Assembly: GCF_009914755.1 (NCBI RefSeq) | Contig: NC_060926.1 | Length of the DNA stretch: 64,000 nucleotides | Source of the DNA: the human T2T-CHM13v2.0 reference genome, Homo sapiens | Strand: one strand, 5' to 3' | Part shown: piece by piece, positions 1 to 16,756 of the stretch | How positions within the stretch are numbered: position 1 is the first letter of the stretch | Layout: every line of letters starts with the position of its first letter | Notes under the pieces: generated by a model | What the model was told of the DNA's origin: nothing | Databases searched by the model: none | Seen by the model: only the letters and a program-made list of their open reading frames with translations | Program-made: the position numbers and the translations under genes

Positions 1-125
1 GGTTAAAGGCAGGATAGAAACATGGCCAGGATTCTATGTTAGACAGGCATCCATAGAGAGGAAAGATCTGATGGCATGTGTGCAGCTGGAGATGAGGAGA
101 CAATGGGGATGATATTGCAAGAGCA

Positions 126-325
126 GCAATGGCTGAAATTTACTGAGCTCTTAATGTGTGCCAGGCATGTTATATGGATTTGTGGATTTAATCCTTACTA
201 TGACCTGAGTGGTAGTTACTATCAGTTAATGATAGTTTATTAAACAGAGAAAAATATCTGGGGAGGTTAAATAACTTGTCCAAGGTAGGAAAGTAATGGC
301 TGAGCTGGACTTTCACTCAGTCACT
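126..325 (-). mobile_element. MIR SINE
   Basis: Matches the MIR reverse complement (atttactgagctcttaatgtgtgccaggca ... gaggttaaataacttgtccaaggt). Confidence 0.8.
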
Positions 326-1114
326 TAATTACTCTTTGGTCCTTCCTTCCCAGGGAAGGTGTGTGGCCATCATGACCCATGACAAAGCGATGGCAGATGG
401 AAGGAGACAGGGCACAGTAAAAAGACATTAAGAAGGTGAAATTTGAGATAGCTCACTTAACTGATGCAATAATTTCTTTGTAAATATGCCAGGTCTTCAA
501 ATCCAGTAGTCTAGAGCTCCAAATTAACTGATTCTGAGGCTACTATGTTTCATTCTATTAGCACTTTTAAATTTACTGTGGAATAATCCACGAGCTTTGT
601 TTAAAGCAGGAGTACTCTTAGCTTTTGAGGCTAAAAGCCAAACCAAAATGAAGCCTTTTAAGGTGTCATGGGTCAAGGGCCCCTTGAGCATCCTCTGAAC
701 TCTCAGAGTGGCCTGTGTTTATTTCTTTCTTAGTATTTACCATGCTGCACTGGAACAATCTGGCTGCTGCTCTGTATCTTTCTCCAAATTGATGTTTTTG
801 AGGGCAGGGATCATTTTCCAGGTCAGTTAAATTCAACCAACATGCATGGAGAGTCTGCTGTACCATAGGAGGTAGGCATTATTTTAGGCTCTGGCAATAA
901 GTTTATACACAAGATATTGTTCTGGCCAGACAGTTGAAGGGGAAGCTGATGCATTTTCAGCCCATTTCATTGCAATGTGGTGGGAGTGCTCATGAGGGCA
1001 CATGTGGGGTCTGTGGAGGTATAGATGAGATGTACTGTATCAAATTCTGTGTAGAGAAAAGGGATTTGGATAGATTTCCCAAAGGAGGTGATTATGGAGG
1101 TGAACATTTTAAAA

Positions 1115-2374
1115 TGTAGATCTTATTATTATTCAAGTATAGTGAGGCCAACATATCAGAAGACAATTGTCATTGAAAAGATAGTTTGTTACTGAAGGCA
1201 TCACTGCAGGATTATAACTGAGAAAATTATTACAGTGAAAGAGATCTGATCTAACCAACTCCAAGCTGTCCTTTTTCCCTCCTGGGTATAGACCAAACTA
1301 ACATTAGGAGAAACCTAGTTTATAGTTTAACTTTGAAACAAAGACGATAACTGCCCTTTCCCAAAACAAACTCTCTTCCTCACTGGGGACTATAATGCCT
1401 CTGTAGGGCTAACAAATTAGCCTTAAGATGAGAAATTATAATTTAGGAGTCATGCAGCTGGAGGCTACAAGATTCTGACCCTCCCCATATTGCTCCTAGA
1501 GATAACATCACTATTGAAAAACCTAAGGTCAGTGTTTGAGATATTTTGCAGATCCTGCACTTGATGGATCAGCTGGTACCACCCAGATTGATAAACTGGC
1601 TCATTTGATTTTGCAGTCCCTTACCCAGGACCTGACTTAGCACAAGAGGGCAGCTTTAACTTCTTATGATTCCATCTCCGACCCAACCAATTAGCACTCC
1701 TGACTCACTGGGCCCCCACTCACCAAATTACCCTTAAAAACTCTGATCCCTGAAGGCTCAGAGAGACTGATTTGAGTAATAATAAAATTCCCGTCTCATG
1801 CACAGCTGGCTTTGTCTGAATAACTCTTTCTCTATTGCAATTCCCCTGTCTTGATAAATTGGCTCTATCTAGGCAGCAGCCAAGTTGAACCCATTGGAGA
1901 GTTATACTACTTACAGTTCCCAAGAAGAAGGGGCACACGATGCCATGCTTTGTGGGGCCACTCAGGGAAGAACCAGGGTTATGCAGGAGGCAGAGGGAGT
2001 GAGGGAGAAATGTGAGCAAGGGCCTTTATTATGGTTTATGTGGGAAGAAATGAGGGAAACAAGACTAACAGACTTAGGGTTGGCAAGTTTGAGTAATTTC
2101 AGCAGGCTCTAAGTTGTAGGGGCTGTCCCTAATGGTCTGGTATCTGGCTCTGGGGTGATGAGGGCAGGGGAATTGTCAATTTGAGTGACATTCCAATAGA
2201 GGAGGTGGTTGGGTGTGGACTCTGGATTGGTTGATTTGCATATGAAAGATCCACTTGCAGGTGAGTTGTTTATTATTTTTAGGAATTGCACAGCCCTGGG
2301 AGGAGGGTCCCCCTAAGATCAGCAAGGCCCCAGATGTCAAAGCATCAGAATGCAGAAAATACACGATTAATACG
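1115..2374 (-). mobile_element. ERVL-type solo LTR (MER74A-like), split by an LTR8A insertion
   Basis: agtgaggccaacatatcag...atagtttgttac resumes after 1910 as ttacagttcccaagaagaagggg ... cagatgtcaaagcatcagaa, matching the recalled MER74 consensus. Confidence 0.75.
1193..1906 (+). mobile_element. ERV1 solo LTR (LTR8A-like)
   Basis: Contains cagtgaaagagatctgatctaacc, ggagtcatgcagctggaggctacaagattctgacc and aataataaaa, and ends gttata. 4-bp TSD ttac/ctac. Confidence 0.88.
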
Positions 2375-2975
2375 ATAAATCTTGGGGCAATGAAAAAGAA
2401 TTATCCAAGCAAAGCATTGGTCAAGGGCACACCAAGGAGACCAAAAGCTTGAGCAAGTAGGATACGCACAGTTCAGTGCAGTGTGCTACCTGTAGCTCAG
2501 GTTCAGTAGAAATGCAGAATTAGAAATGGCAAGAGGTAAGACTGCAGGAAAACACCAAAGGCAAAGTTGGGAGGAGTTTGGAAGGTCTCCTGGAGGATGT
2601 GCATTCTGGAGAGAGGATGAAAAGCAGCTACAAGAACACCAGACAGAAGGCTGTTATCGTCACTCTAAGTCAGAGAAGGTGAAGGCTTAGACGAAGAAGG
2701 AGATGGCCGCGTAAATGAAAAACAAGGTTGCATAGTAGAAGTGAAAGAGACAGGATTTGTTAGGGATTGACTATTGGGGCAGCATTAATTTTGTGTTGTG
2801 TCTCCATGTCTTGCCGTGTGGGAGATATTCAGATCATATTCGTTAAATAAATTCATTTCTGGTCAAAAGATGCTTTAAATTTTGTTTTTTGCAAGTTCTT
2901 ACATAAACCACCTTATTCACTGGAAATCTCAAATTTGAGATTTATAGTGGAGCTTTCATATTTCCTCAAATGGCT

Positions 2976-3714
2976 AAAAAACCAAGTTAGTTACTTCCAA
3001 GATAGAGTGGGGATACAGACATTGGGTAAATGCCCCCATTCCAAAAGGGAGACATTGGCCAAACAAAGGGGCTACAGGCCCCATGCAAGCCTGAAACCCA
3101 GCAAAGCAGTCATTACATCTTAAAGCTCCAAAATAATCTCCTTTGACTTCATGTCTCATACCCAGGGCACACTGATGGAAGGGGTGAGCTCCCACAGCCT
3201 TGGGCAGCTCCACCCCTGTGGCTCTGCAGGATACAGCCCCATGGCTGCTTTCACAGGCTGGCATTGAGTGCCTGTGGCTTTTCCAGGTACGTGATGCAAG
3301 CTGTCTGTGGACCTACCATCCTGGGATCTGGACAATGGTGGCCCTCTTCTGACAGTTCCACTAGGCAGCTATTGTCTTGGCTATTAACACTCGGCTCCTT
3401 GTTATTTGTGCAAATTTCTGCAGCCGGATTGAATTTTTCCCCAGAAAATGGGTTTTTGTTTTCTACCACGTGATCAGACTGCAAATTTTCCAAACTTTTA
3501 TGTTCTGCTTCCCTTTTAAACCTAAGTTCCCATTTCAGATCATCTCTTTGTGAATGCATATGACTGTACACTTTCAGAAAAAGTGTGGTCACCTCTTGTA
3601 TGCTTTGCTGCTTAGAAATTTCTTCTGCCAGATACCCTAAATCATCTCTCTCAACATGTGGGGATTACAATTCAACCTGAGATTTGGGTGAGGAAACAGA
3701 GCCCAACTATATCA
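2976..3714 (-). mobile_element. MaLR (MST-type) internal fragment fused to an LTR terminus
   Basis: caagttagttacttccaagat...ttaaagctccaaaataatctcc is MaLR-internal sequence; the end gagatttgggtgagg...cccaactatatca is an LTR terminus. Two internal deletions. Confidence 0.85.
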
Positions 3715-5650
3715 ACACAGATAGCCTTAAAGAAAGAACTTCTCTTACAGAATCAGAGAGAAGATTTCCTATGGCAGATCATACTGGTTCTGACAGCAAG
3801 AAGATTTTGGATGCTTCAGTTAATTAGTTTTATGGCAAATATATCATAAACATGTCCCTTATTAGTCTTAAGGGGCTTTATTTTCACAAGGTTTTGAGAA
3901 ACTGGACATACCATTGCAGTGTCTAACGACTACCTTGGATCCAGGTAAAAAAAATCTGAAACCTTGCTCATGGCTGTAAGCCAATAACACCCACACTTGT
4001 CTGTCATGGTATTGCAGTCATAAACTTTGTGATTGCTGTGATTGACTGGGGTGATGCAATCAGCTGGAAAGACATTTCCTGTTTGGTGTCTAACTTTCTG
4101 ACTGCATGCTTATGAAGAGACAAAGACATCATATTTTTTGCTCAGAAAAGTGTGTTTTTAGCTTAGTTTTCAGTGAAATTTCTTCTCTCATTATGGTAAA
4201 GATTTTACTATATAGGAAAGTAATGTGTATCATGTAAAGGACTTTGCAGAGATAATTTTATTTAATTCTCGCAGCAGCTCTGGAAGGAAAGTATTGTATA
4301 ACAAACTGGATGAAAGATAACAACAGTGCTTGGGGGTGATATGGGGCTTGTTCATGGTACCATGATTTTGTTGGTGCAAATTTTTTGTTTTGGCTGGATA
4401 TAGGGTATTATGATTATTTAGCATGGCAAAAATTTAAATCAGATTTATTGAGCTCATATTCTTTCCACTCTTATTAAGTTTATTATTATTATCATCATAT
4501 TATTATTATTATCATCACAAAAGGGATGCTTACTGACTATAGAAAATTTTTTAAAATAACAAGAAACCTTACCCATAACCCATTATAAACATGTTTGTCT
4601 TTTTTAGTTTTTTTTCTTTTCTAACCATTTTTCCCCTATTTTTGCATGGCTATGAATACACTGCAAAGGTAATTTTGTATCATTTGGAAAGATTTAAATT
4701 ATTTTAGGAGAAAAGAGTTTAAAAGATATGAGAGGGGCTGAAAGTAGGAGGGAACGTAAGCAGGAAGAAGTGGAAAGAGATATGAAGAACTAAGAAACTT
4801 TGCAAACTCAAGAATATGTCAATCATAACTTATTTTGAAATATTTCTGTAGTCTAAAAGGAATAGCATCCTGTCATTGCCAATACCTATACTTAGAAGAC
4901 ACCTGTACCATTATGTAGCCAAACTTCCAGAGACTCAGGAAATTCTTATTAGAGTAATTTGCCTTCCTTACATATCAGTCAAATATTGCAATTACTAGGT
5001 CATTATGACAGTTGCATTCCTTTCTCTAGACCAGGAAATAGTCGCTGAAGAGCAAAGTTGCATGGACAGTATTTGTGAGACTGTAATTAATTATGAGACC
5101 TTCTTAACTCATCCAATAATGGAACTAGATCAAACTAGAGAAAAAATGAATTTGATTACCTGTATTAAGAAATTCCTTCCAAGCAATATTTTAAAATGGT
5201 AATCAGAATTCAGCTACTCCCTGGTGACTGATAAATTTAAACTAAAGTTAAATAATTATTTTCAAAAAGTTAATTATTATAATGTAATGCTTGGCTTCAT
5301 TTCCTTAATAAATGAATCACCTTATTTCAGCCTTGCAAATTAGCATGTAATATGGAATCCAGCCAAGGGAGGCATTAGGACTTGAGGAAACAGAGGACGT
5401 TCTACATGCCCTTTCTGCCATCTAACTGCCTTTAGGGATAACATTTTACTGGTTCGAGTTTCTTGTTTTAGCTGGATATAGAGTATTACGATTATTTAGC
5501 AATGGATGTCAATGCCAAGAATCAATCTGTACTGTACATGACTAGAATTAGCAGAAATGTGATTTGAACTATGTAGGACTAATCATGAAAGTATGCAATT
5601 AGGTGGATTGTTTTGTCTGAAGATAGAAGTGCAACCTTTTGTGTTGGCTG

Positions 5651-6558
<908 letters not shown>

Positions 6559-7351
6559 GCAGTGAGGTCAGTAATACATGCTCAACAGAGAAGGCAGAAG
6601 TTACATTTGATGGATGAAGCCAAGTAGGAGACCAAAAAGCCACATGTGGAGGAAAACATTCAGATTCCCAGACTGAGAGTGAAGGTGGTTCAGGATCCAA
6701 ATATAGGTAATATATTGCGAACAGGTACTGATATGAGATGGCCGTAACTTTGACAAATGTCCCCTTGTTACCATAGATGGCTTTTTTGCTCCAAGTAGGT
6801 GATTATCACCCCTGCAAGGTCATCTTGAGGAAATCACGATGTTGGAATAATGGAACCATCTCTGACCAATGAGCTAAATTTAGGTAATTGGATAAAGCCC
6901 AGATTCCCAGGTTAAGCTGTCCCAAAACAGACGCATTAAAAATATTTTAAATAATAAACATGACAGAAACATGGCAAAAATAAAGTTATAATCACTGGGG
7001 TTAAGGAAGTTATTTCAAATAACTTTAAGCAGGCCATTGGTTAGGTTACTAATTTTCCAGCCACTGGAAGTAACAAGTTACCTGTCAATCCTCCTCCCCT
7101 TATCCATAGGCTCTGGGTTTTTTTAAAACTCAGATTTCATCTTTTTTCCCAGGTATCACAGCAAAAAGTCTGAAACTCTCGTTTTCCTCCACAATAGTTT
7201 TCATTCACTTCTTTTAGATGACACGTGTTTGTGACTTATTTTCTATCCTTATTTATATCTCCTGTTCATATCTTATTTTCTTAATTGATAATAATCTTTC
7301 TGAGGGCAGAAATGAAGACTTGGAACTTTGCATTTTTTCCAGTCATGCTGA

Positions 7352-7805
<454 letters not shown>

Positions 7806-8148
7806 TTCTCTGTTCTTTTATGAAGAAAAGGGAGCTAATCTCTGTGTTATAGAGGCCTGGGACCTGGGGTTAATCCTCTGACCTACAACATTTTCTAATT
7901 CGTTAGTTGATGAGATAAAATAATTTATGTGAAAACACTATATAAACTATTAAGTCCCTCTAGAAGTTGTCACTGATATTTGATTAAACTTCTGAGAGCT
8001 GATGATTACTTTGTAGAATTTTTTAAAAATTTGCTTATCACTTGTACAATATTATTTTACATTCACTTTAATAAATTTTGATCTTTATACATAAAGACAT
8101 TTTATGTTCATAGTACTAGAATGAAACACTGTTAGAGTTAGAATTGAC

Positions 8149-8854
8149 TGTTTTAGTTTGCCAAGGCTGCCATAACAAATACTACAGACTGGGTGGCTTA
8201 AACACAGACATTTATTCTCTCACAGTTCTGGAGGCTGGTGTCCAAGATTAAGGCGTTGGCAGAGTTGGTTTCTTCTGAGGCCTGTCTCCTTGGCTTGCAG
8301 ATGACCACCTTCTCCTGTGTCCTCATATTACCTTTCCTCTGTGCTTACGTGCCTCTGGTGTCTCTTTTTCTTCTCACAAGGATACCAGGCCGGGTGCGGT
8401 GGCTCACGCTTGTCATCCCAGCACTTTGGGAGGCCCAGGCTGGTGGATCACAAAGTCAGGAGTTCAAGACCAGCCTGGCCAACATGGTGAAACCCCGTCT
8501 CTACTAAAAATAAAAAAAATTAGCTGGGCCTGGTGGTGGGTGCTTGTAATCCCAGCTACTCAGGAGGCTGAGGCAGAGAATTGCTTGAATCCTGGAGGTG
8601 GAGGTTGCAGTGAGCCGAGATCGTGCCACTGCACTCCAGCCTGGGCGACAGAGCGAGACTCCATCTCAAAAAAAATAAATAAATAAATAAATAAAAAGGA
8701 TACCAGTCCTACTGGATTAGGACTCTACCACTGTGACCTCATTTTACCTTAATGGACTCTCTAAAGACCCTATTTCCAATTACAGGCACATTGAAGATTA
8801 GGGCTTCAACATATGAATTTGGTGGTGGAGTTGGGCACAATTCAGTCCACAACA
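8149..8854 (-). mobile_element. MaLR solo LTR (MLT1B-like) carrying an Alu
   Basis: gctgccataacaaatactacagactgggtggcttaaac ... cacaattcagtccacaaca. 5-bp TSD ttgac/gtgac. Confidence 0.88.
8388..8695 (+). mobile_element. AluS (Sg-like)
   Basis: Full dimer with an (AAAT)n tail. TSD aaggatacca. Confidence 0.95.
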
Positions 8855-9214
8855 GTGACTTCACTTTATGGTTTAATCCAGCCTCCACATTTTACAAATG
8901 AAGGAACTGAGGTTGGGAAATAGAATGTGCCCAGCAAATCAGTGACAGAGGCAGGTCTGTGGCCCTGGCCCTAATCATGCCGTCCTTCTGCCTTTCTTTT
9001 TCATGTTTTCTTTGTTTTCTTCAGCTTCCATTCACTTAGTACATAAGCAAAATATGACATGCAATGCATTTATTTCCATCCTCATACCCTCAAGAATTTG
9101 TTAAACATAGAGAAGTCAGTTAAACATTACCTGAAATATACTAGCAAATATAAAACTACTGGGAATATTAGTGGTGTTAACAATATTTTTCTTATCTTCT
9201 GATTTCCAAAGTAT

Positions 9215-9482
9215 ACTGTGCATGTACGTGTATATGTGCGGTGTGTGTATATGCGTGGCATGTGTGTGTTTGCATGCACATGTGTGTGGTGTTATGCACA
9301 TGCATGTGTGTGTGGTATGCGTATGTGCATGTAATCATGAGGGTTGTGTGTGCTGTGCATACATGTGTGGGGAATATGTGTGGGTGTACGTGTCTGTGTG
9401 CATGTGTGTGGCATATGTGCATGTGTGTGGTATGTAAGTATGTGAATGTGTGTATTTCCACAGTATGTGTGTGTTTATATGT

Positions 9483-9518
<36 letters not shown>

Positions 9519-9520
9519 TG
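9215..9520. repeat. Long degenerate (TG)n/(TA,CA) microsatellite
   Basis: About 300 bp of mostly alternating purine-pyrimidine sequence ending in a pure (TG)n run. Confidence 0.95.
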
Positions 9521-9988
9521 TATTTGCGTTTATGTTACAAAATATGAGATTTGGACATGACCACATGTTTTGTCAGCCTTTTTTTACATGTAGAAAATAT
9601 GAACAAGTAGAACGCAGGACAAAAGAAAGACAGACATAGGAATAGAGTATGTCCATGCAATGAAAAAGTAGTAATCTAAACAGTAGATCTTTTAGAACTT
9701 TTTTTCTAGTTAAGACTACTTAATTTTTGTCTCAGCAAAGTCATGAACATTGAATTTGGGGTGGCGTGAATACTTTTGTGACTGGCTGGCTACACACTGC
9801 CTGTCTACACACTCATTCACAGACAGGTCGTGCTCCTTTTACAGCCAAACTTTTCTACCACCATACCTACTCCTGCCACATGGAGGGTTACCTGGGGAAC
9901 TTGATGTCCTTTTAACTCAGATAGGGGATTAACATTCCTCTCTTGATGTATGAGATGAAAATATAGAATAGCCAGGTCAATACTGTGA

Positions 9989-10306
<318 letters not shown>

Positions 10307-11562
10307 AGTTTTTGATATTTAAGTTGTCATTCATTGATGTTGAACATCCTTGTAGAGGATATGCAGTATTTCATTGGAGAATAACAGACATGAATTGTCT
10401 TCAAACCTTTTTGTATCTTCTTACTTATAAGTAAATTTTTTGAAAACTGCATCACTAAACTACATAAAAATACTTTTTTTCCTTCCCTTTGTTATTGAAT
10501 AAGTGGAATAAGGTGTCAACATACTTGAAATGTTGAAATGTTTAGTAGACCTAGTTGATATGGAATTAGATCTTAATATTTGTGTTTACTGTTAAGCCAG
10601 AGATTAGCAAACCAACAATGACTAATCCTCAGCATTAATAAAGGAAAGAAAAGGTAGAGAAGAGATGCTTCAAATAATTAGCTTCTTTTTTTTTCTGCAT
10701 CCAGGTATTGAACTTTGTTCTCTGAGTTTCTTTCTCCACAGGAGGGGCAGCCTGCTAAAAGCAGGGGCAGCAAGACGACATCTCCAGCTGAGAGACACAT
10801 GTACCACTTAGAGATGAGAAAGATGCACCAGGGTGAGGATTTCCACTGTGAGCATGTTCTTCCATGTCTAAATATATCCCACATCTGCACAGGCCCTGGA
10901 GACTCTCTCCGCATGTCTTAGCTACCATCTTTATAACACTTCCTATTGAGCATATTATGAGAGATTCTTGATATGAAGTTGAAAAATCATGTTGATGATA
11001 CTTTACAAAAAATAAATGAGGTTGGTTCGTCCCATAAAACTAATATAATTTTTCCCCTGGTACAAAAGCAGTAAGTCTGAAGGGGTAGTTTGGAGGATCA
11101 TGAGATTCAAGTTACGAAATATTTACCAAATTTGGTTGGCTCCAGGGAAGCATCACAGTTTTTAAACTGACAATAATGCACCAAGAGGTGCGCAACAGAA
11201 AGCCTGATCTGGCGGTGGAGTTTAGGATGGGTTGCAAGTTGGGCTAACCCAGGAGAGGACAGTAAGCCCTGGTAGGGGCTATGAAAAGCCCAGGTGACCC
11301 AGGATTTGCACAGTCCTTCTTGATACATGTTTTGGGAAACAGTTTCAGTAGAGTAGTGTATAATAGGGAGAATATGAGATGAAAAAGTTCTGAAGAATGA
11401 GTGTGATGTTGGAGGTGTTATGTGCTATAAGATGCTCTTGGAGATAGACTGGAAAAGTTTGGAATTTAAGATAGGTGGAGAGGAGAGAACCAGACTTAGC
11501 AATACCACAATGAGTTGGGAAAGGATGAGAAGGTGGAAGATGGTGTAGAATGAGGAAAATGG

Positions 11563-12371
<809 letters not shown>

Positions 12372-12374
12372 AAA

Positions 12375-12460
12375 CTTTCAGAGTTGTCCTAAGGATTAAA
12401 TAAGATAATTTACGGAAAAAAGCGCTTGGTAAACTTTAGCTTGAAAAGTGATTATTATTT
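12375..12460 (+). mobile_element. MIR 3' fragment
   Basis: agagttgtcctaaggattaaataagataat...agcgcttgg...attattatt. Confidence 0.65.
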
Positions 12461-13463
12461 GACTTAAAGATGCTTTCTGGAGCATTCACAAGCAGAAAAA
12501 CAGCCTGTAACCAGCCGTCAACACAGCTCTTCACCACAGCATTTCTTTTCCCAAAGAGAGTGAAAATCATTAGCCCATCACTGAATGTCAGATCATCAAG
12601 GAACCTAACAACTTTGTTTATCTCTGAGGCGGCATTCAGGAATGAGTTTTCAACACTTGTTGTCTGTGGGTTGGAAGCTTTACAAATTCACATCCCAAAC
12701 AAGAACCTGGGCATACTTGACAAGCATCTGTGAGACCAGCAGGAGGGGACTGGGCATTTCTGATCTGAGAAGAAACGCATTGGGGTGCATCATACTGTGG
12801 CAAACCTAATCCAATATTAATTAGGATTTAATGATTTTACAAGAACATCCAACAATTTTAGCTGCCTATAATCATGGCATGCTTATTCTATAGCAACGAT
12901 TTTCTCCGGAATTTGCTTTTCTGCATCTTCCTTCTCCAAATCCTTTCCTCTTCTCTACATCTTACATACCCTGCACTCCAAACTCACCCTCAGCATCAGA
13001 TCTAGGATTCTTTAAAATACTTAAAGTAGGTACTTGATTTTCTTAAGCAACTTATGCAAATTCAGAGTTGAGACGTGACTCCTGGCATTTCCAAATTCTT
13101 GGGCATTAACCACAAGGCTATCCCTTGTAGAAAACATGTTTCATTTATTCACAAACAGTGGGCTTGAACCATATGTAGTTCTGGCTTACTTCAGGTTGTT
13201 TTTAGATGTGCAATATATTGTTTGCTCTCCCTGTCCTCAGTTTTTTTATTTGAAAAATGAGGTCTAATCCCACTTTCATCTGGTTCATTCATTTTAGAAA
13301 AGTTTTGTTTATTAATTGAGAGATTGGTTGATATACTCAACAAGTGTTTATACATGCAACAAACACCTGTGCTAGGTAGATATGGAGAAGCATGATAATA
13401 TTCACCTGGAACTCAAAAAGCTTGCAGCCCAGGTGGTAAAGGAGCTTTTAAAAAGGAAGGGCA

Positions 13464-14113
<650 letters not shown>

Positions 14114-14816
14114 AGTAGTGACTCTTGGTCCAGCACAGGGAGAGTTATCCTTAGGCTGAGCCTTGAGGACAAATGAGAGTTCCTGTTTCAGAAGGGCCTA
14201 AGTGGGACACAGGGCAGGCAGAGTTCCCAGCTTGTGCAAAGTCCTGAAGGTAAGAATTTTCTTGGTATATTGAAGCTAGACATCAGAACAGGTTTAGGGG
14301 GGTCAGAAGTGGGAACCCCATTGAGAAGAACCTTCAGCTCTATAATGAGGAGCTTCTATCACATAGGCAATAGTAAGCTAGCGATGGATTTTAAGCAGGG
14401 TGATGACACAGATTTGGATTTTGAGATGTTCATTTTAGCAGGAATGGGGAGAATACATGTGAGTGTTCATTAACACACTGATTAAGTCATTCGAAGGTTC
14501 ACAAAATTAGTGTGGTTGGTTTTAGCATGAGGATTTGAAGGTAAGCTGAGAGCTCCCTTTCCCAAAATATCTCCTTTAGAGCTACCTGAATTTCTTTATT
14601 GAAATTAAGACGAAAGCACATTTTTGTGAATGAAGGTGCTTTCTTTTAGCAAAGCAATACCTGGGATGGGTTCCAAGGTTATCATTCATATCTTAGCATA
14701 TATGTGTCTCCCAAGTTTAGATGGAATTACAGCCTGGTAAGATTTTGAGTTTTAGCAGTTGATGTGATGGATGGGATCATATTGGAGCCTGAATCACTGC
14801 AAGAAGGGCATGTTGA

Positions 14817-15149
<333 letters not shown>

Positions 15150-16547
15150 TGAAAGTGTGCGTGCCTGAAGCACATGGCATATGCCCTAGAAGGTAGAAAA
15201 GGGTCAAGGGTCCAACCAGATCTAGCCCAATGGTTGTTGCTTGGTTGAAATGACCTTTTAGGATGGGTTTCATTACCAATCGGAATTTCATTACCATTCT
15301 CAGAAGGTGCCTCACGGCTGAGAGCTCAGGACAGGGAATAACAGACTGGCGAGATGAGTAGGCAGTGCTGTATTTTTAGAGTCTTGAACATTCACTTTCA
15401 GCAGCTACAAATCATGGCCTTCCTGGATCTGCCTCCAAATTCCAGCCATATCCTGAGTGAAGGTTGGCAAATGGTCATTCACCTCTTTGACAATAGAGGC
15501 ATCTCTTTTAGGCCCTGTAAGGATTATATAATCCAGGTTTACCTATAAAGTTAAAAAAAAAATTAACAGCATAGAAAAAGTGCCGTGGATGCTTTCCAAA
15601 AGCTGGTCTTGTACCCATGATATAAGCAGGTGTCTCACAGCATGTAGCCTTTCCCAACAGACAGTCAACCCACACTTTGTACATTCAAACTCAAAAAATT
15701 AATATGGAATTATTTTAGTGAAGTTGACATATGATGTGCCTTAATCAAATAATCAAATGAGTTGTAGTGGGTGTTCTTAGCAATCAATAAATTCATTTAA
15801 TTGATCAATGAATTTACACATATGTTTAATGAATATTTATTAAACATTTTCTTTGTGACACAAATGTGGAAATATATTAATACCCCTTCTGTTTTATTCT
15901 AAAAACCATCTTACATTAATTAGCTTCATTCTATTTTTTGATGATAAATTATCACTGCCTATTGTGTAAAAAAAATGAGATCTTTCAATCAAGGGCTGTA
16001 CGTCTAGTGGGGCATGCACAGGACAACTCTAAAAAATAGGCGATCCCAGGGAGTGACCTGGCCAAGGCCCAGATGGAGTGACGGGGGAGTACTGGTGAGG
16101 GATTCCTCCTTCTAAGGGAGAGAATCAGGTCAGGGTGTGTAGAGTGGAATCTTGAAGAATGTGGGGATTCTGGTGAGTAGCAAAATGGAAGAAGATTCCT
16201 GGTGGGAGGTCAGCAGGAGCAAAATCCCCGAGATTGGAAAACAGGTATAGGATGAGGGGAACAGTGAGTTGTTCAATATTCTTGCCATAGCACGTAGAGA
16301 GAAGATTCATAGGAAATAAGATTGAAAACATCCAATGCAGAAAAGCCACGGAGCCCTGGAATACCAGGCTGAAGTGCTTGTATTTCACAGATTTTTCGGA
16401 ATGAATATGATTTGGCTAAAGCTATGTATGCTGCATGAAACTTAATCTGGTAGGAGGCAGCTGAAGCCCTGAGACTAGAAGAGATGGTTGCCAGAGAGCT
16501 GAGTGAGAGAAAAGACTCTTGCAGGTGGCTTCATTTCTCTGGGTGAA

Positions 16548-16756
16548 GCAGGACATCCCCACCCCATCACTAGTGACAATGGGCAGGACACTTCTTTGTC
16601 GTGCAGGGCTGTTCTGTGTACTGCAGAATGTTTAGCAGCATCCTGGCCTTTGTCCGTGGAGGTGAGTAGCACCCCTCCCATTCGTGAAAACCCAGATAAT
16701 CTCCAGACATTGCCAAATGTTTCCTTGGGCAAAATTTTCCCCACTGAGAACCGCTG
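16548..16756 (-). mobile_element. MER20 (hAT-Charlie MITE)
   Basis: atgtttagcagcatcctggcc...tctccagacattgccaaatg...gagaaccgctg is the MER20 reverse complement including a terminal inverted repeat. Confidence 0.88.

Noticed and set aside
2976-3130. In-window MaLR-int as the source of the segment at 50289-50460
   Set aside because: It is the same region of the element but clearly diverged, MST-type rather than THE1-type, lacks the diagnostic deletion and has no adjoining Alu.
9116-9639. His/Thr- and Cys/Val-rich ORFs (also near 21374-21805 and 46183-46576)
   Set aside because: These are translations of TG/CA microsatellites, not metal-binding proteins.
15788-15816. Inverted repeat taaattcatt...aatgaattta
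   Set aside because: It is AT-only and falls in what looks like a decayed L2 tail; chance is sufficient.
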